Below, in pieces: positions 54,813 through 63,359 of a stretch of 64,000 nucleotides of DNA. The notes under the pieces were generated by a model that searched no databases, was not told the origin of the DNA, and saw only the letters and a list, made by a program, of their open reading frames with translations. Where the stretch lies: positions 12,421 to 76,420 of the IMG/VR virus record IMGVR_UViG_3300030419_007903; one strand, given 5' to 3'. The stretch is from a virus. A program made the position numbers and the translations under genes. The number at the start of each line of letters is the position of its first letter. Within the stretch, counting starts at the first letter, position 1.

Positions 54813-55609
54813 TATAGATTATCTATTATTTTAAGTGTTGTCTCAAAAGACCCTCTGCGTGAGCAGTTAGAATCATACCAATCCTTAATATTATTTGACA
54901 TATCTTCCCACTGAGAAAGTGAGCACTTTTTAACTACTTTTGTAAATTCTTCTGCGCCACTTACTCTAAAATAGTGTTTACCCTCCTCTAAAGAATTATA
55001 ATAGGTCATGTCTACCTCTGGCGCGATAACTGGCACGACACCCAGTCCAAAATATTCTATTTCCCTGTTACATTTTGGTCCATATCCGGCTAAACATAGT
55101 CCAAATTTAGCACTAGAAACTAGCTCTAAATATTCCGTGTGAGAATAAGGCCAATTTAAACTGTCCCCGATCTTAACAGGTAGGCTAAATTTTTCTACAG
55201 CTCCAAACCAGTTATCATTCGTACGGTTTGAATGCTGTACGGAGTTCTCTACTTTACCGAGAAAGATAGATTCAATTTGCCTATCATCATAAGACTTAAT
55301 CCCTTTATTTATCTGCTCTTCTAGCAGCCTTGGGCGTCGTGCCCAGTATATCCACGGAACAGCCCTAGGGTCTTTGCATTGCATGCCCCCAAATAATCCA
55401 TGGTTCCACTTATCTGGAACCCCCGGGTACACGTCAAATCTGTCATACTCATACAATAAAATATCATTAGGCTCATTTGCCCAAATGAAAACATCATCTA
55501 CCTCATCTCTGATAAAATCGCAATAACCAGATTCTTCCCACATATCCATAAGCTCACGAGAAGTGTCTCTTTTATGCTCAGGGGTTTGACGGCCTACATA
55601 AATCTTCAT
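54812..55609 (-). CDS. Exostosin/GT47-like protein
   Basis: YLE...AKFGLCL.GYG.KC.REIE...G.VP. Confidence 0.7.
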   Translation of the reverse strand: MKIYVGRQTPEHKRDTSRELMDMWEESGYCDFIRDEVDDVFIWANEPNDILLYEYDRFDVYPGVPDKWNHGLFGGMQCKDPRAVPWIYWARRPRLLEEQINKGIKSYDDRQIESIFLGKVENSVQHSNRTNDNWFGAVEKFSLPVKIGDSLNWPYSHTEYLELVSSAKFGLCLAGYGPKCNREIEYFGLGVVPVIAPEVDMTYYNSLEEGKHYFRVSGAEEFTKVVKKCSLSQWEDMSNNIKDWYDSNCSRRGSFETTLKIIDNL

Positions 55610-56520
55610 GCTAAATAAAAATCTTGTAAAGTTGCATCACTTTCTAAAATTTCAAGAACAGTAGAATCCGAAGCTATCCTTGTCAAGCTTTTTAAAAAAT
55701 CACTGCGAGCGTCACACGGTTGACCTGCCCAATCGGCCAGTCCAAATTTAACCACTAAAGAAAAAAGGTCTTTTTGTGTTTCGCTTATCCTTATTCCTGA
55801 TAAATCTTCCGGCGTTATAGAGCGACAAAAAAAGTCTGGATAATGTGTCTGGTCATCAATACGCGTGTCGAGAAACTTCTGGCTAGTAAAAAATTCATCC
55901 GTAGTAAAAGCATTTATTACGGTAAGTTGATCCGCATTCCAATTAACTGTAGGATTGCTTAAAAGCTCTGCGGGTGGAAAATGCGTTTGTTTAAATTTTT
56001 CAAAGCTACCGGTAAGTATTGATGAAGGTATTGAGGTAGGCTTGAACCCTGAAAGGCCTATTAGCATTCTGCACGGATAATTATAATGATTAGGGTGAGA
56101 TCTTATTGTGTGAACAGCATAGTTGCTTCTTTCAAATGCAACCGTTGACTGATACTCATGAACATTAGGGACAGAATCTATATCGCGACTTAAAACAATA
56201 TGAGCGTCTTGCTCCCAAAGGAGTTTCATTCTCCATAACGCAGGCTCGTGCCCAGAATAGTCGTCAGTAATAACAGAAAAAGAATACTTGTCAGACTTTA
56301 AACAAAGCTCTTTGTAAAACTTGAAAAGTGGATGCGAAGCGGCGTCCGGGCAAACACTTAATCGCATTTCGTAATTAGGATAAAGAATAGAATTGATAAT
56401 AGTTAATGCAGGTAAGTTATACCAGTAACGCCTAGCTTCCTCTTTATCCGGATCGTATGTTCGATGCGCGTAGAGCTTCTTTGGTTTAAACAAACTATAG
56501 GAAATAAAATTACGACTCAT
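55606..56520 (-). CDS. Putative glycosyltransferase, distant paralogue of 50599-51333
   Basis: ISYSLF, LWRM, LSRDID, IRSH..H, DQ; start set at MSRNF. Confidence 0.65.
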   Translation of the reverse strand: MSRNFISYSLFKPKKLYAHRTYDPDKEEARRYWYNLPALTIINSILYPNYEMRLSVCPDAASHPLFKFYKELCLKSDKYSFSVITDDYSGHEPALWRMKLLWEQDAHIVLSRDIDSVPNVHEYQSTVAFERSNYAVHTIRSHPNHYNYPCRMLIGLSGFKPTSIPSSILTGSFEKFKQTHFPPAELLSNPTVNWNADQLTVINAFTTDEFFTSQKFLDTRIDDQTHYPDFFCRSITPEDLSGIRISETQKDLFSLVVKFGLADWAGQPCDARSDFLKSLTRIASDSTVLEILESDATLQDFYLA

Positions 56521-57307
56521 TGTTTTGTTTTTCGTACTCGAGAAGGGCTTGAGGAAGAGGAGGGTCAATATAATCAGGGTAGTGGCTGCGCCTCATGCTA
56601 TTAACTTCATCCAGCATCTTTCGTAAGTTTTTTAAATCTGTAGAGACGCCATCTGGGTTCTTGTAATAAATACCCACAGTCTCATCCACAAAAAAAAGTT
56701 TTGCATCTTGCTTCGCGGCTCTAATCCACATGTCCGAGTCGGCTGCTGTTAAATATTTTTCATCGAAAAAGCCATAACGGTCATGTAAATCTCTTTTCCA
56801 TAAAGGCATGCAATGGGGGTGGTTGTTCCCCAGAAGATCTCTCCAGTTCGTTGTGGGAGCGGCTGGAAAATAAAGATAAGGATTTATATCATCCCAGTTC
56901 TCGTTTTCAACGAAACTTACAACAGTTTTTCCGTAAGCTACATCAATATTTGAATTTTGCATAAAAGCTGACCTAAGTACCTCTAAGGACCAAGGAGTCT
57001 TCCTGTCGTCTACATTCCAATTGCCAACCAAATCTGTATCAGCTTTTTTAACACACATATTCCATGCAGCATATAAGCCGGGATCATGGTCTAATTTTTC
57101 ATATATTATATTTTCGTACCCTAAGTACCTTTGTACAGTATCCTCTTCGTTCTCTGGTGAGTTACAATCCAATATATAAAAGACAACATCTTCAAAAATT
57201 GTTTGATTGATGATATCCTCCATGTAACCTTCGATAAATTTACCACCTTTAAATAAAGAACAAAAAATAGTTAAAGAAGGTGTAATATTGCTTGACAATT
57301 TCTTCAT
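56510..57307 (-). CDS. GT2 glycosyltransferase
   Basis: GLYAAWN, NVDD, GFFDE....AD..MW; start set at MKKLS. Confidence 0.85.
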   Translation of the reverse strand: MKKLSSNITPSLTIFCSLFKGGKFIEGYMEDIINQTIFEDVVFYILDCNSPENEEDTVQRYLGYENIIYEKLDHDPGLYAAWNMCVKKADTDLVGNWNVDDRKTPWSLEVLRSAFMQNSNIDVAYGKTVVSFVENENWDDINPYLYFPAAPTTNWRDLLGNNHPHCMPLWKRDLHDRYGFFDEKYLTAADSDMWIRAAKQDAKLFFVDETVGIYYKNPDGVSTDLKNLRKMLDEVNSMRRSHYPDYIDPPLPQALLEYEKQNNES

Positions 57308-57349
57308 TGCACTTACAATAATCATATGATTCGTGCGACTGAAAATCAA
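57292..57349. promoter_or_regulatory. Overlapping divergent sigma70-type promoters
   Basis: Plus strand TTGACA(57292)-16-TACAAT; minus strand TTGATT(57349)-17-TATGAT; palindrome AATCATATGATT at 57320-57331. Confidence 0.65.
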
Positions 57350-57658
57350 GAAAAAAAATTCTATATCGTATCAAGTAGTGATTGGGAAGCAGTTGTCTTA
57401 GCTAAAGATGCTGTAGATGCTTCAGCACTAGGCTTAGAAAAAGCATTTGAGAAATACGGCTCAGGATTAATGCTTAGTAATTGTATTACCGTAACTAACG
57501 GTTCGGATATCAAGAATCAAGAACCTGAGGAAATGGACATAGATATTTTTTATGTCCCCTCGGTTCTTTCAGATATAGGTAAGAATGAATTGGCAACCCA
57601 GCTGGACGAAATCTTAAGAGCAAACGAAAAAAAGCTTGACAAGCAAAAAACCGCGTAA
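57326..57658 (+). CDS. Hypothetical protein
   Basis: 110 aa, first gene of the plus-strand unit. Confidence 0.75.
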   Translation: MIRATENQEKKFYIVSSSDWEAVVLAKDAVDASALGLEKAFEKYGSGLMLSNCITVTNGSDIKNQEPEEMDIDIFYVPSVLSDIGKNELATQLDEILRANEKKLDKQKTA

Positions 57659-57664
57659 TAAATT
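57636..57664 (+). promoter_or_regulatory. Sigma70-type promoter
   Basis: TTGACA-17-TAAATT, 7 nt before ATG 57672. Confidence 0.65.
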
Positions 57665-57671
57665 ATTAACC

Positions 57672-58193
57672 ATGAGAGCATACATCAAAACTAACCCTGA
57701 TAATCCGACGATTAAAAGACCTTATTATACTGGAGACGTCGGGTATGACTTAATAGCTTCATCTGAGCCTAATGTAGTTGGAGAACGAAAAAATAGTGAT
57801 TCCCCTTTATGGAAGACCATTGACTACATCGAATATGAAACGAATGTCGCCGTAGCCCCTGAGGATGAAAGTGTTTTTTACTCTTTGATTTATCCTCGTA
57901 GTAGTATATCTAAGTATAATTTAATTTTAGCTAATTCAGTAGGGGTGATAGATTCCGGATACAGGGAAACCATAAAATTGAGATTCAAATACATTTGTCA
58001 ACCTCAAGATTTTACCGTGTCTCACGATGACATGAGGTTTTATACAGGCATTAATAAAGAAAAAATATATAAAAAGGGGGATAAGATAGGCCAACTAGCT
58101 TGGATGTCCCACAATAAACCTTTTGTAGAGTTCATAGAAAATTTACCTCCGTCTGAGCGTGGACCCGGAGGCTTTGGCAGTACAGGTCAGTAA
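57672..58193 (+). CDS. dut: Trimeric dUTPase
   Basis: GYDL, PRSS, GVIDSGYR, IGQ, RG.GGFGSTG. Confidence 0.95.
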   Translation: MRAYIKTNPDNPTIKRPYYTGDVGYDLIASSEPNVVGERKNSDSPLWKTIDYIEYETNVAVAPEDESVFYSLIYPRSSISKYNLILANSVGVIDSGYRETIKLRFKYICQPQDFTVSHDDMRFYTGINKEKIYKKGDKIGQLAWMSHNKPFVEFIENLPPSERGPGGFGSTGQ

Positions 58194-58762
58194 TGACGCA
58201 TCTAATAGGACTTTGCGGTTTTGCCCGTTCGGGCAAGAACAGCTTTGCTGACTTCTTAAGAGGAAACTCAGATGCTTGCAAAAATATTTCTTTTGCTTAT
58301 GCTCTGAGAAAAGAGCTTGACTCCTTTCTTTTAAAAAGGTTAAATATCTCTGCCTTTACCGAAGACCCTAAGGAAAAAGAGATCGTAAGGCCTCTTTTAG
58401 TATGCTGGGGGACTGAAATTATGAGGCAAAAGATAGACCCTGACTACTGGGTAAAATCTATTAAAAAAACTGTAGAAATTAATAGAAAAAATAATATATG
58501 CTCTATTATCACTGACGTTCGTTTTAGCAATGAGCTAAAATGGATAAAAGAAGAAGGAGGAGTATCAATTTTTGTAGAAAGAGAAGGGTTTGGGCCTTGT
58601 AATAAGGATGAACTAGAATTTACAAAGCCCCTAAAAAAAGACTGCAACTTAATATTTAAATGGAAAAATTTACAAAATTTCAAAGAAGAAGGGAAGGCTT
58701 TAGTGCGCAACTTCGCTAGCGCCAACAACTTATGTCCGATCAATCCACTGACAAAGAATTAA
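58193..58762 (+). CDS. Deoxynucleoside monophosphate kinase
   Basis: GFARSGK, FA..L, R.LL..WGTE..R, ITDVRF.NE. Confidence 0.9.
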   Translation: MTHLIGLCGFARSGKNSFADFLRGNSDACKNISFAYALRKELDSFLLKRLNISAFTEDPKEKEIVRPLLVCWGTEIMRQKIDPDYWVKSIKKTVEINRKNNICSIITDVRFSNELKWIKEEGGVSIFVEREGFGPCNKDELEFTKPLKKDCNLIFKWKNLQNFKEEGKALVRNFASANNLCPINPLTKN

Positions 58763-59334
58763 CTGATAATCTAAAACTAGATGTAAATACGGAGGAATCG
58801 CTTCGGGAGTTGGTAAATCGCCATTCTGGCATTTTTCTGGACATTGTCACTAGCTATGTCCCAAAAAATTCAGCTAGCGGCTCGAGAGACGATCTCATAA
58901 ACGATCTAGAGTATTACGTATATAACGCAGGTCTTAAATATGACCATACTAAAAACACTAAATTTAGCACCTTTCTAGGTAATGAGGCAAAATGGGCGTG
59001 TTTAAATCAATATAATAAAAATAAAAAATACTTAATCACTGACACCGATGAAAGCCGTTTTACTTACGAAAATAACCTTATGGAGCAAGAAAAACCTTTT
59101 GTCAATGAATGGACTTTAGATAAAATTTTCAATATTATTGACCATCACCCAGATGAAAGAGTACAACAAATATTTCACTTGAGATACATCGACCCTCAAT
59201 ATAATAAGCTAACCCCTTGGAAAAAAGTTAGCAAAGAACTTAATATGAGTATTCAAGGATGTATAAACATACATAACTCAGCAATAAAAGTTATAAGAAA
59301 AGAATTAAAAAACAATTATGAATTTGATATTTAA
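58732..59334 (+). CDS. Phage sigma70-family factor (regions 2 and 4)
   Basis: LV.RH...DDL...KYD.TK.TKFSTFL; IF.LRY...W..VSKELNMS HTH. Confidence 0.85.
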   Translation: MSDQSTDKELTDNLKLDVNTEESLRELVNRHSGIFLDIVTSYVPKNSASGSRDDLINDLEYYVYNAGLKYDHTKNTKFSTFLGNEAKWACLNQYNKNKKYLITDTDESRFTYENNLMEQEKPFVNEWTLDKIFNIIDHHPDERVQQIFHLRYIDPQYNKLTPWKKVSKELNMSIQGCINIHNSAIKVIRKELKNNYEFDI

Positions 59335-60403
59335 CGCGCCTATCAATAACCTTTCCTTCGGAAACGTCTCCGTCAATCTCTTGCGCGAACTATACAAGAG
59401 AAAAGCAAAATTATCTCTTTTTACAACTGGAGAGATGTCACTAGAAGCATACAACGACCTAGATGAAGACTTTAAAAATTGGCTAAACAACTCAATTAAT
59501 TACAGATATCACAATCTCTCAAAAGAAACGCCTTCATTAAGATTATGGCATTTAAATGGAGGCGAAACAAGAATTTCACCTAAACAGTATTTGCTTACAT
59601 TCTACGAGCTTGATCAGCCTACTTTTGTAGAAAAGAAAATTGTTGATATGCAAGAGAAGGTTTTCCTAAGCAACCCCGAAGCTGTAGACGCATTTACCAA
59701 ATTAGGCTGTGAGAATGTAAAATTCGTACCTATGGGATTTGACCCTAGTTTTAAAATAGTCGAAGCTGCATCTAAAATAGTAGAAGGAAAAATTCATTTT
59801 GTGTTAATGGGTAAATTCGAAAAACGAAAGCACACTAAAGAAATAATTCAAGCATGGATCAAGAAGTACGGGAATAATGACAAATATTTGCTTAGCTGCT
59901 GCGTAGTAAATCCTTTCATAAAGCATGAGCAAATGAATGCACTGCTTTCAGATGTTTTAGATGGAAAACATTATAGCAATGTCAATTTTTTACCACACCT
60001 TAAAACAAATGCTGAAGTCAACCATCTCCTGAATTCTGCCGACATAGACCTAACAGGCTTAAGTGGTGCAGAGGGCTGGAACCTACCATCCTTTAACGCT
60101 ACAGCTTTAGGAAAGTGGTCACTAGTTTATAATCATAGCGCCCACAAAGCTTGGGCAACAGAAGAGAATTCCATACTTCTAGAGCCAGAAGAAAAAGAAC
60201 CGGCAGCAGATGGGTTATTCTTTGCTGAAACAGGTAACTTCAACATAGGAAGTATTCGCGGTTTCAACGAAGAAAAAGCAATATCAGCTATGGAGAAAGC
60301 CGAAGAAAAGGTAGGGTCGGTCAACACAGAAGGAGTTAAGCTGCAAGAAAAATTCTCATATAAAAATACATTAGATGCAATACTAGAACATATCAATTTA
60401 TAA
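59318..60403 (+). CDS. GT4-like glycosyltransferase
   Basis: GKFEKRK, SGAEGWNLP. Confidence 0.85.
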   Translation: MNLIFNAPINNLSFGNVSVNLLRELYKRKAKLSLFTTGEMSLEAYNDLDEDFKNWLNNSINYRYHNLSKETPSLRLWHLNGGETRISPKQYLLTFYELDQPTFVEKKIVDMQEKVFLSNPEAVDAFTKLGCENVKFVPMGFDPSFKIVEAASKIVEGKIHFVLMGKFEKRKHTKEIIQAWIKKYGNNDKYLLSCCVVNPFIKHEQMNALLSDVLDGKHYSNVNFLPHLKTNAEVNHLLNSADIDLTGLSGAEGWNLPSFNATALGKWSLVYNHSAHKAWATEENSILLEPEEKEPAADGLFFAETGNFNIGSIRGFNEEKAISAMEKAEEKVGSVNTEGVKLQEKFSYKNTLDAILEHINL

Positions 60404-60404
60404 A

Positions 60405-60623
60405 ATGGCCAGAGTTAAACAAGGAAAAATTATACAAGTAGAGAATGCAAATCGTAAATTTGGTGCTAATGAAAATTATTATGCGATTTGGACAGAAAAC
60501 AGCGCAAAAGAAGAAATCTGTCTTTTGTTTACTGAGAACCAACTTAAAACTGCAAAAACACGAGCAGATAAAAACCCCGAAGATATACCAAAGAAAGGAT
60601 TCTTCGCAGATCTTTTTGACTAA
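60405..60623 (+). CDS. Hypothetical protein
   Basis: 72 aa ORF tiled in the operon. Confidence 0.7.
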   Translation: MARVKQGKIIQVENANRKFGANENYYAIWTENSAKEEICLLFTENQLKTAKTRADKNPEDIPKKGFFADLFD

Positions 60624-61006
60624 TGTACCAATATAAAGCCGAACTAATAAGAGTGATCGACGGTGACACTGTTGATGCAATGATTGATTGCGGTTTTAGC
60701 ACTTTTAAAAAAGAACGAATACGCTTATATGGAATTAACACACCTGAAACCCGCACTAGAGACCTAAAGGAAAAAGAAAAAGGCTTGGCTGCTAAAGCAA
60801 GATTAATACAACTTTTAGAAGAAGGAAATAACCAATTTATCGTAGAGACCTCTATTGATAAAAAAGGAAAGTATGGCCGTCTTTTAGGTAAAATATTTAG
60901 AATTAAAGACTCCGAGCACCAAGCTCTCGCCTCAAGCAATAAAAGCTATAATGAAATTTTATTAGACGAAGGTCACGCTACTGAGTACTTCGGGGGAAAA
61001 AAATAA
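60623..61006 (+). CDS. Thermonuclease (SNase-like)
   Basis: RVIDGDT, RLYGINTPE, GKYGRLL. Confidence 0.93.
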   Translation: MYQYKAELIRVIDGDTVDAMIDCGFSTFKKERIRLYGINTPETRTRDLKEKEKGLAAKARLIQLLEEGNNQFIVETSIDKKGKYGRLLGKIFRIKDSEHQALASSNKSYNEILLDEGHATEYFGGKK

Positions 61007-61008
61007 TC

Positions 61009-61140
61009 ATGTTTTTAAAATTTAAAAAATGGTTTGATTATGTAACGTGGAAAAAGACAACTGAAAAATACTGCAAGAGTCTTAAAAATGCTAAGTTGGG
61101 CATTGGCACACTGAGACAAGATGACCCGAAATCTAAATGA
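61009..61140 (+). CDS. 43-aa hypothetical micro-protein
   Basis: Own translation MFLKFKKWFDYVTWKK...DPKSK; starts 2 nt after the SNase stop. Confidence 0.5.
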   Translation: MFLKFKKWFDYVTWKKTTEKYCKSLKNAKLGIGTLRQDDPKSK

Positions 61141-61209
61141 GCCTTTTGGAAATGTCGCGTCTTTTTGTCCCACATAGTTAAAAACGTTAGAAAAAACACT
61201 TATTTTTAT

Positions 61210-61226
61210 TTGGCATAATTTTAGCT
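61210..61226 (+). promoter_or_regulatory. Sigma54-type (-24/-12) promoter
   Basis: TTGGCATAATTTTAGCT has the GG-N10-GC spacing, upstream of hsp20. Confidence 0.6.
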
Positions 61227-61240
61227 ATATGTATTATACA

Positions 61241-61627
61241 ATGTATAAAAATACTAATCCTACATACGGAATAATTAATACAGTCGCTGATCTTTTCAAC
61301 GACTTCGCAGAAGACAGCCCTTCTTTTTACAACTGGACGTCTAACCGACACCTTTCTTCTAAAATAGAAAAAACAGAAGACGGGCATAAGGCGCAAGTAG
61401 AAACGCCGGGATACAACAAAGATACTTTGAGCATCCAAGTCGAAAATAAAGACCTTCTTGTAGTAAGATCTAAGAAAGAAGATGAAAACAAAAAAGTTCT
61501 TTACAGACTCCAGCTTGACCGCAACGTTGACCAAAAGAAAATTACAGCCAAAACTAAAGATGGCATTTTATTTCTAACGCTGCCTGACTCCACCGAGAGT
61601 AAAAATAAGTGTATAAAGATAGAGTAA
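61241..61627 (+). CDS. Small heat-shock protein (Hsp20)
   Basis: ETPGY.K..L.I, I.AK..DGIL.LTLP, I.IE terminal motif. Confidence 0.88.
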   Translation: MYKNTNPTYGIINTVADLFNDFAEDSPSFYNWTSNRHLSSKIEKTEDGHKAQVETPGYNKDTLSIQVENKDLLVVRSKKEDENKKVLYRLQLDRNVDQKKITAKTKDGILFLTLPDSTESKNKCIKIE

Positions 61628-62028
61628 TGCTATATAAGTTTCGCCATAAACTCACTAAAGAGTCGCACGAAGTGGAGATGCCCATGAAAGATTATCAGGC
61701 TTATAAAGGCCCCCAAGGAGATGATGAAGATTGGGAAAGAGTATATGAAGCGCCTCAAATTAATATGGGCGTCTCCACGGGTAAAGCGATAGACCCGTGG
61801 GACAGTAAGGGATTTACGGAAAGAACCGGCAAAATGAAAGGAAGTCTTGGTGACCTCCACGATCACGCTGCCGAACTTAGCGCAAAGAGAGCAAAAGAAT
61901 CCTTAACTGGAGAAGATCCTGTTAAAAGAAAGTATCTTGATAATTACTCAGCCCAAAGAGGCGGAAAAAAACATGTTGCAGACCTGAAAAAAACTGTAGA
62001 AAATAAGCATGTAAAAGTTGACCTTTAA
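61627..62028 (+). CDS. FmdB-like phage protein lacking Zn cysteines
   Basis: MLYKF.H....E..EV...M N-terminus, W.RVY..P; start set at ATG 61627. Confidence 0.6.
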   Translation: MLYKFRHKLTKESHEVEMPMKDYQAYKGPQGDDEDWERVYEAPQINMGVSTGKAIDPWDSKGFTERTGKMKGSLGDLHDHAAELSAKRAKESLTGEDPVKRKYLDNYSAQRGGKKHVADLKKTVENKHVKVDL

Positions 62029-63359
62029 GTCGCACTCACGGTATTAGTTGTTGCGGAACCTAAATCATTAGTAATAACTGCGTAATAATCTCCCGCCGTA
62101 GAAGGTTGGAAAGTGGACGAAGTTGCCCCAGTTAATTCAACATTATTCTTATACCACTGATACCCTAAATCACTTAAACCAGTAGCAACTACCCCTAACT
62201 TAAATCCCCCGCCAACGGCACCTCCTACCGGTTGGGATAAAATCAATGGTGGTGTAGAGAACTTTAAGCCGCTTGTATCAGACATAGAAAAACTAAACTG
62301 AGCTTCCATTGCTCCAAAGTCACCAATTGATTGAGTCAAACCCTCGCCATCCGCCTTTGCCCCTTGGACCTCTATTTTTAACCCAGTTGCTCCACTTGGA
62401 GCAATCATGTCTATTGTAAAATCATAAGCCCTCTCCTCATTGTTATCCAATATGACTAAGTCGTTTAATGCTCCGCTTTGAAATTCAGAGGCAGTCGCTG
62501 AAAATTTTAAATTTCCAAGAACAGGTAAAATTGCACGCCTGCCGTAAGGATAAATAGAACCAAACCCATATAAAGGGTTCCGATCAACTTCAAAGCTTAG
62601 CTCAAAAGAATCTATAAAAGCAGCTCCCGGATCTCCAGTAAACTGAAGTCCCGGCACATTAACATTAGAAGGAAGCGATAGTTTGATTCCCGAAGGAGCA
62701 AAAGCGCTATCAATTAATCCATCTTGATTTGTAGTATTTTTAAAAAAAGATTTTTTTAATTTATACCTATGAGAAGTTGCAGGCTTCATGGTGGCGGGGT
62801 TGATAGCAGGTATGAGCTCCCCCTGCGTGCTATTATCATAAGGCTCTGCCTCCAAATTATCAGCCTGAATGCTAGTACTAACACCCACTAATGACCCCAC
62901 TGAACCCTGTATGGAATAAGCATTTAAAAAACAATTCCCTAATCCCATCACCATAAAGTTATCTTTGAAGTCGGAGTCTGAAGCTACATTTAAAACTTCA
63001 TCTTTAATACCGCTGCCAAATAAAATATAAAAATTGTTGTCTTTAGACGGTGCTCTTAATCCATTTAGAACAGCTCTTTTAGAGCCGTCAACATCTAACC
63101 CTAACATTATTTCATTAGTGCCATTACTATACAAATAATTCATCTCCAAAGTTATGTTAGGATTTGTCATATTTATATCCCCTACATAATCAGGACTTCC
63201 TATTTCCTTAAACCTTTGTCGATTAAAAGAGAAATTAACAGCAGCTGACTGTACTCTTTTTAGTCCGGTTAAATTAGTAGTATTGTCTTGGTGAGCAGGA
63301 GTTGGACTAGCCAAAACTAAGCATTGACCATATGTTATTCTAGTAGTTCTAGTTGACAT
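62025..63359 (-). CDS. Putative tail tube protein with C-terminal Ig-like domain
   Basis: Beta-rich duplicated RVQSA..F...R / IDSF.LS...R..LY.FG tube-like pattern; YQWYKN...G.Y..V.TN Ig domain. Confidence 0.65.
   Translation of the reverse strand: MSTRTTRITYGQCLVLASPTPAHQDNTTNLTGLKRVQSAAVNFSFNRQRFKEIGSPDYVGDINMTNPNITLEMNYLYSNGTNEIMLGLDVDGSKRAVLNGLRAPSKDNNFYILFGSGIKDEVLNVASDSDFKDNFMVMGLGNCFLNAYSIQGSVGSLVGVSTSIQADNLEAEPYDNSTQGELIPAINPATMKPATSHRYKLKKSFFKNTTNQDGLIDSAFAPSGIKLSLPSNVNVPGLQFTGDPGAAFIDSFELSFEVDRNPLYGFGSIYPYGRRAILPVLGNLKFSATASEFQSGALNDLVILDNNEERAYDFTIDMIAPSGATGLKIEVQGAKADGEGLTQSIGDFGAMEAQFSFSMSDTSGLKFSTPPLILSQPVGGAVGGGFKLGVVATGLSDLGYQWYKNNVELTGATSSTFQPSTAGDYYAVITNDLGSATTNTVSAT

Noticed and set aside
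2608-54914. Plus-strand short ORFs in the track antisense to the minus-strand genes
   Set aside because: Shadow frames of well-supported genes or tRNAs (for example 20834-21103 is antisense to tRNA-Arg), with no motifs
58444-61866. Minus-strand short ORFs within the plus-strand operon
   Set aside because: Antisense shadows of recognisable genes
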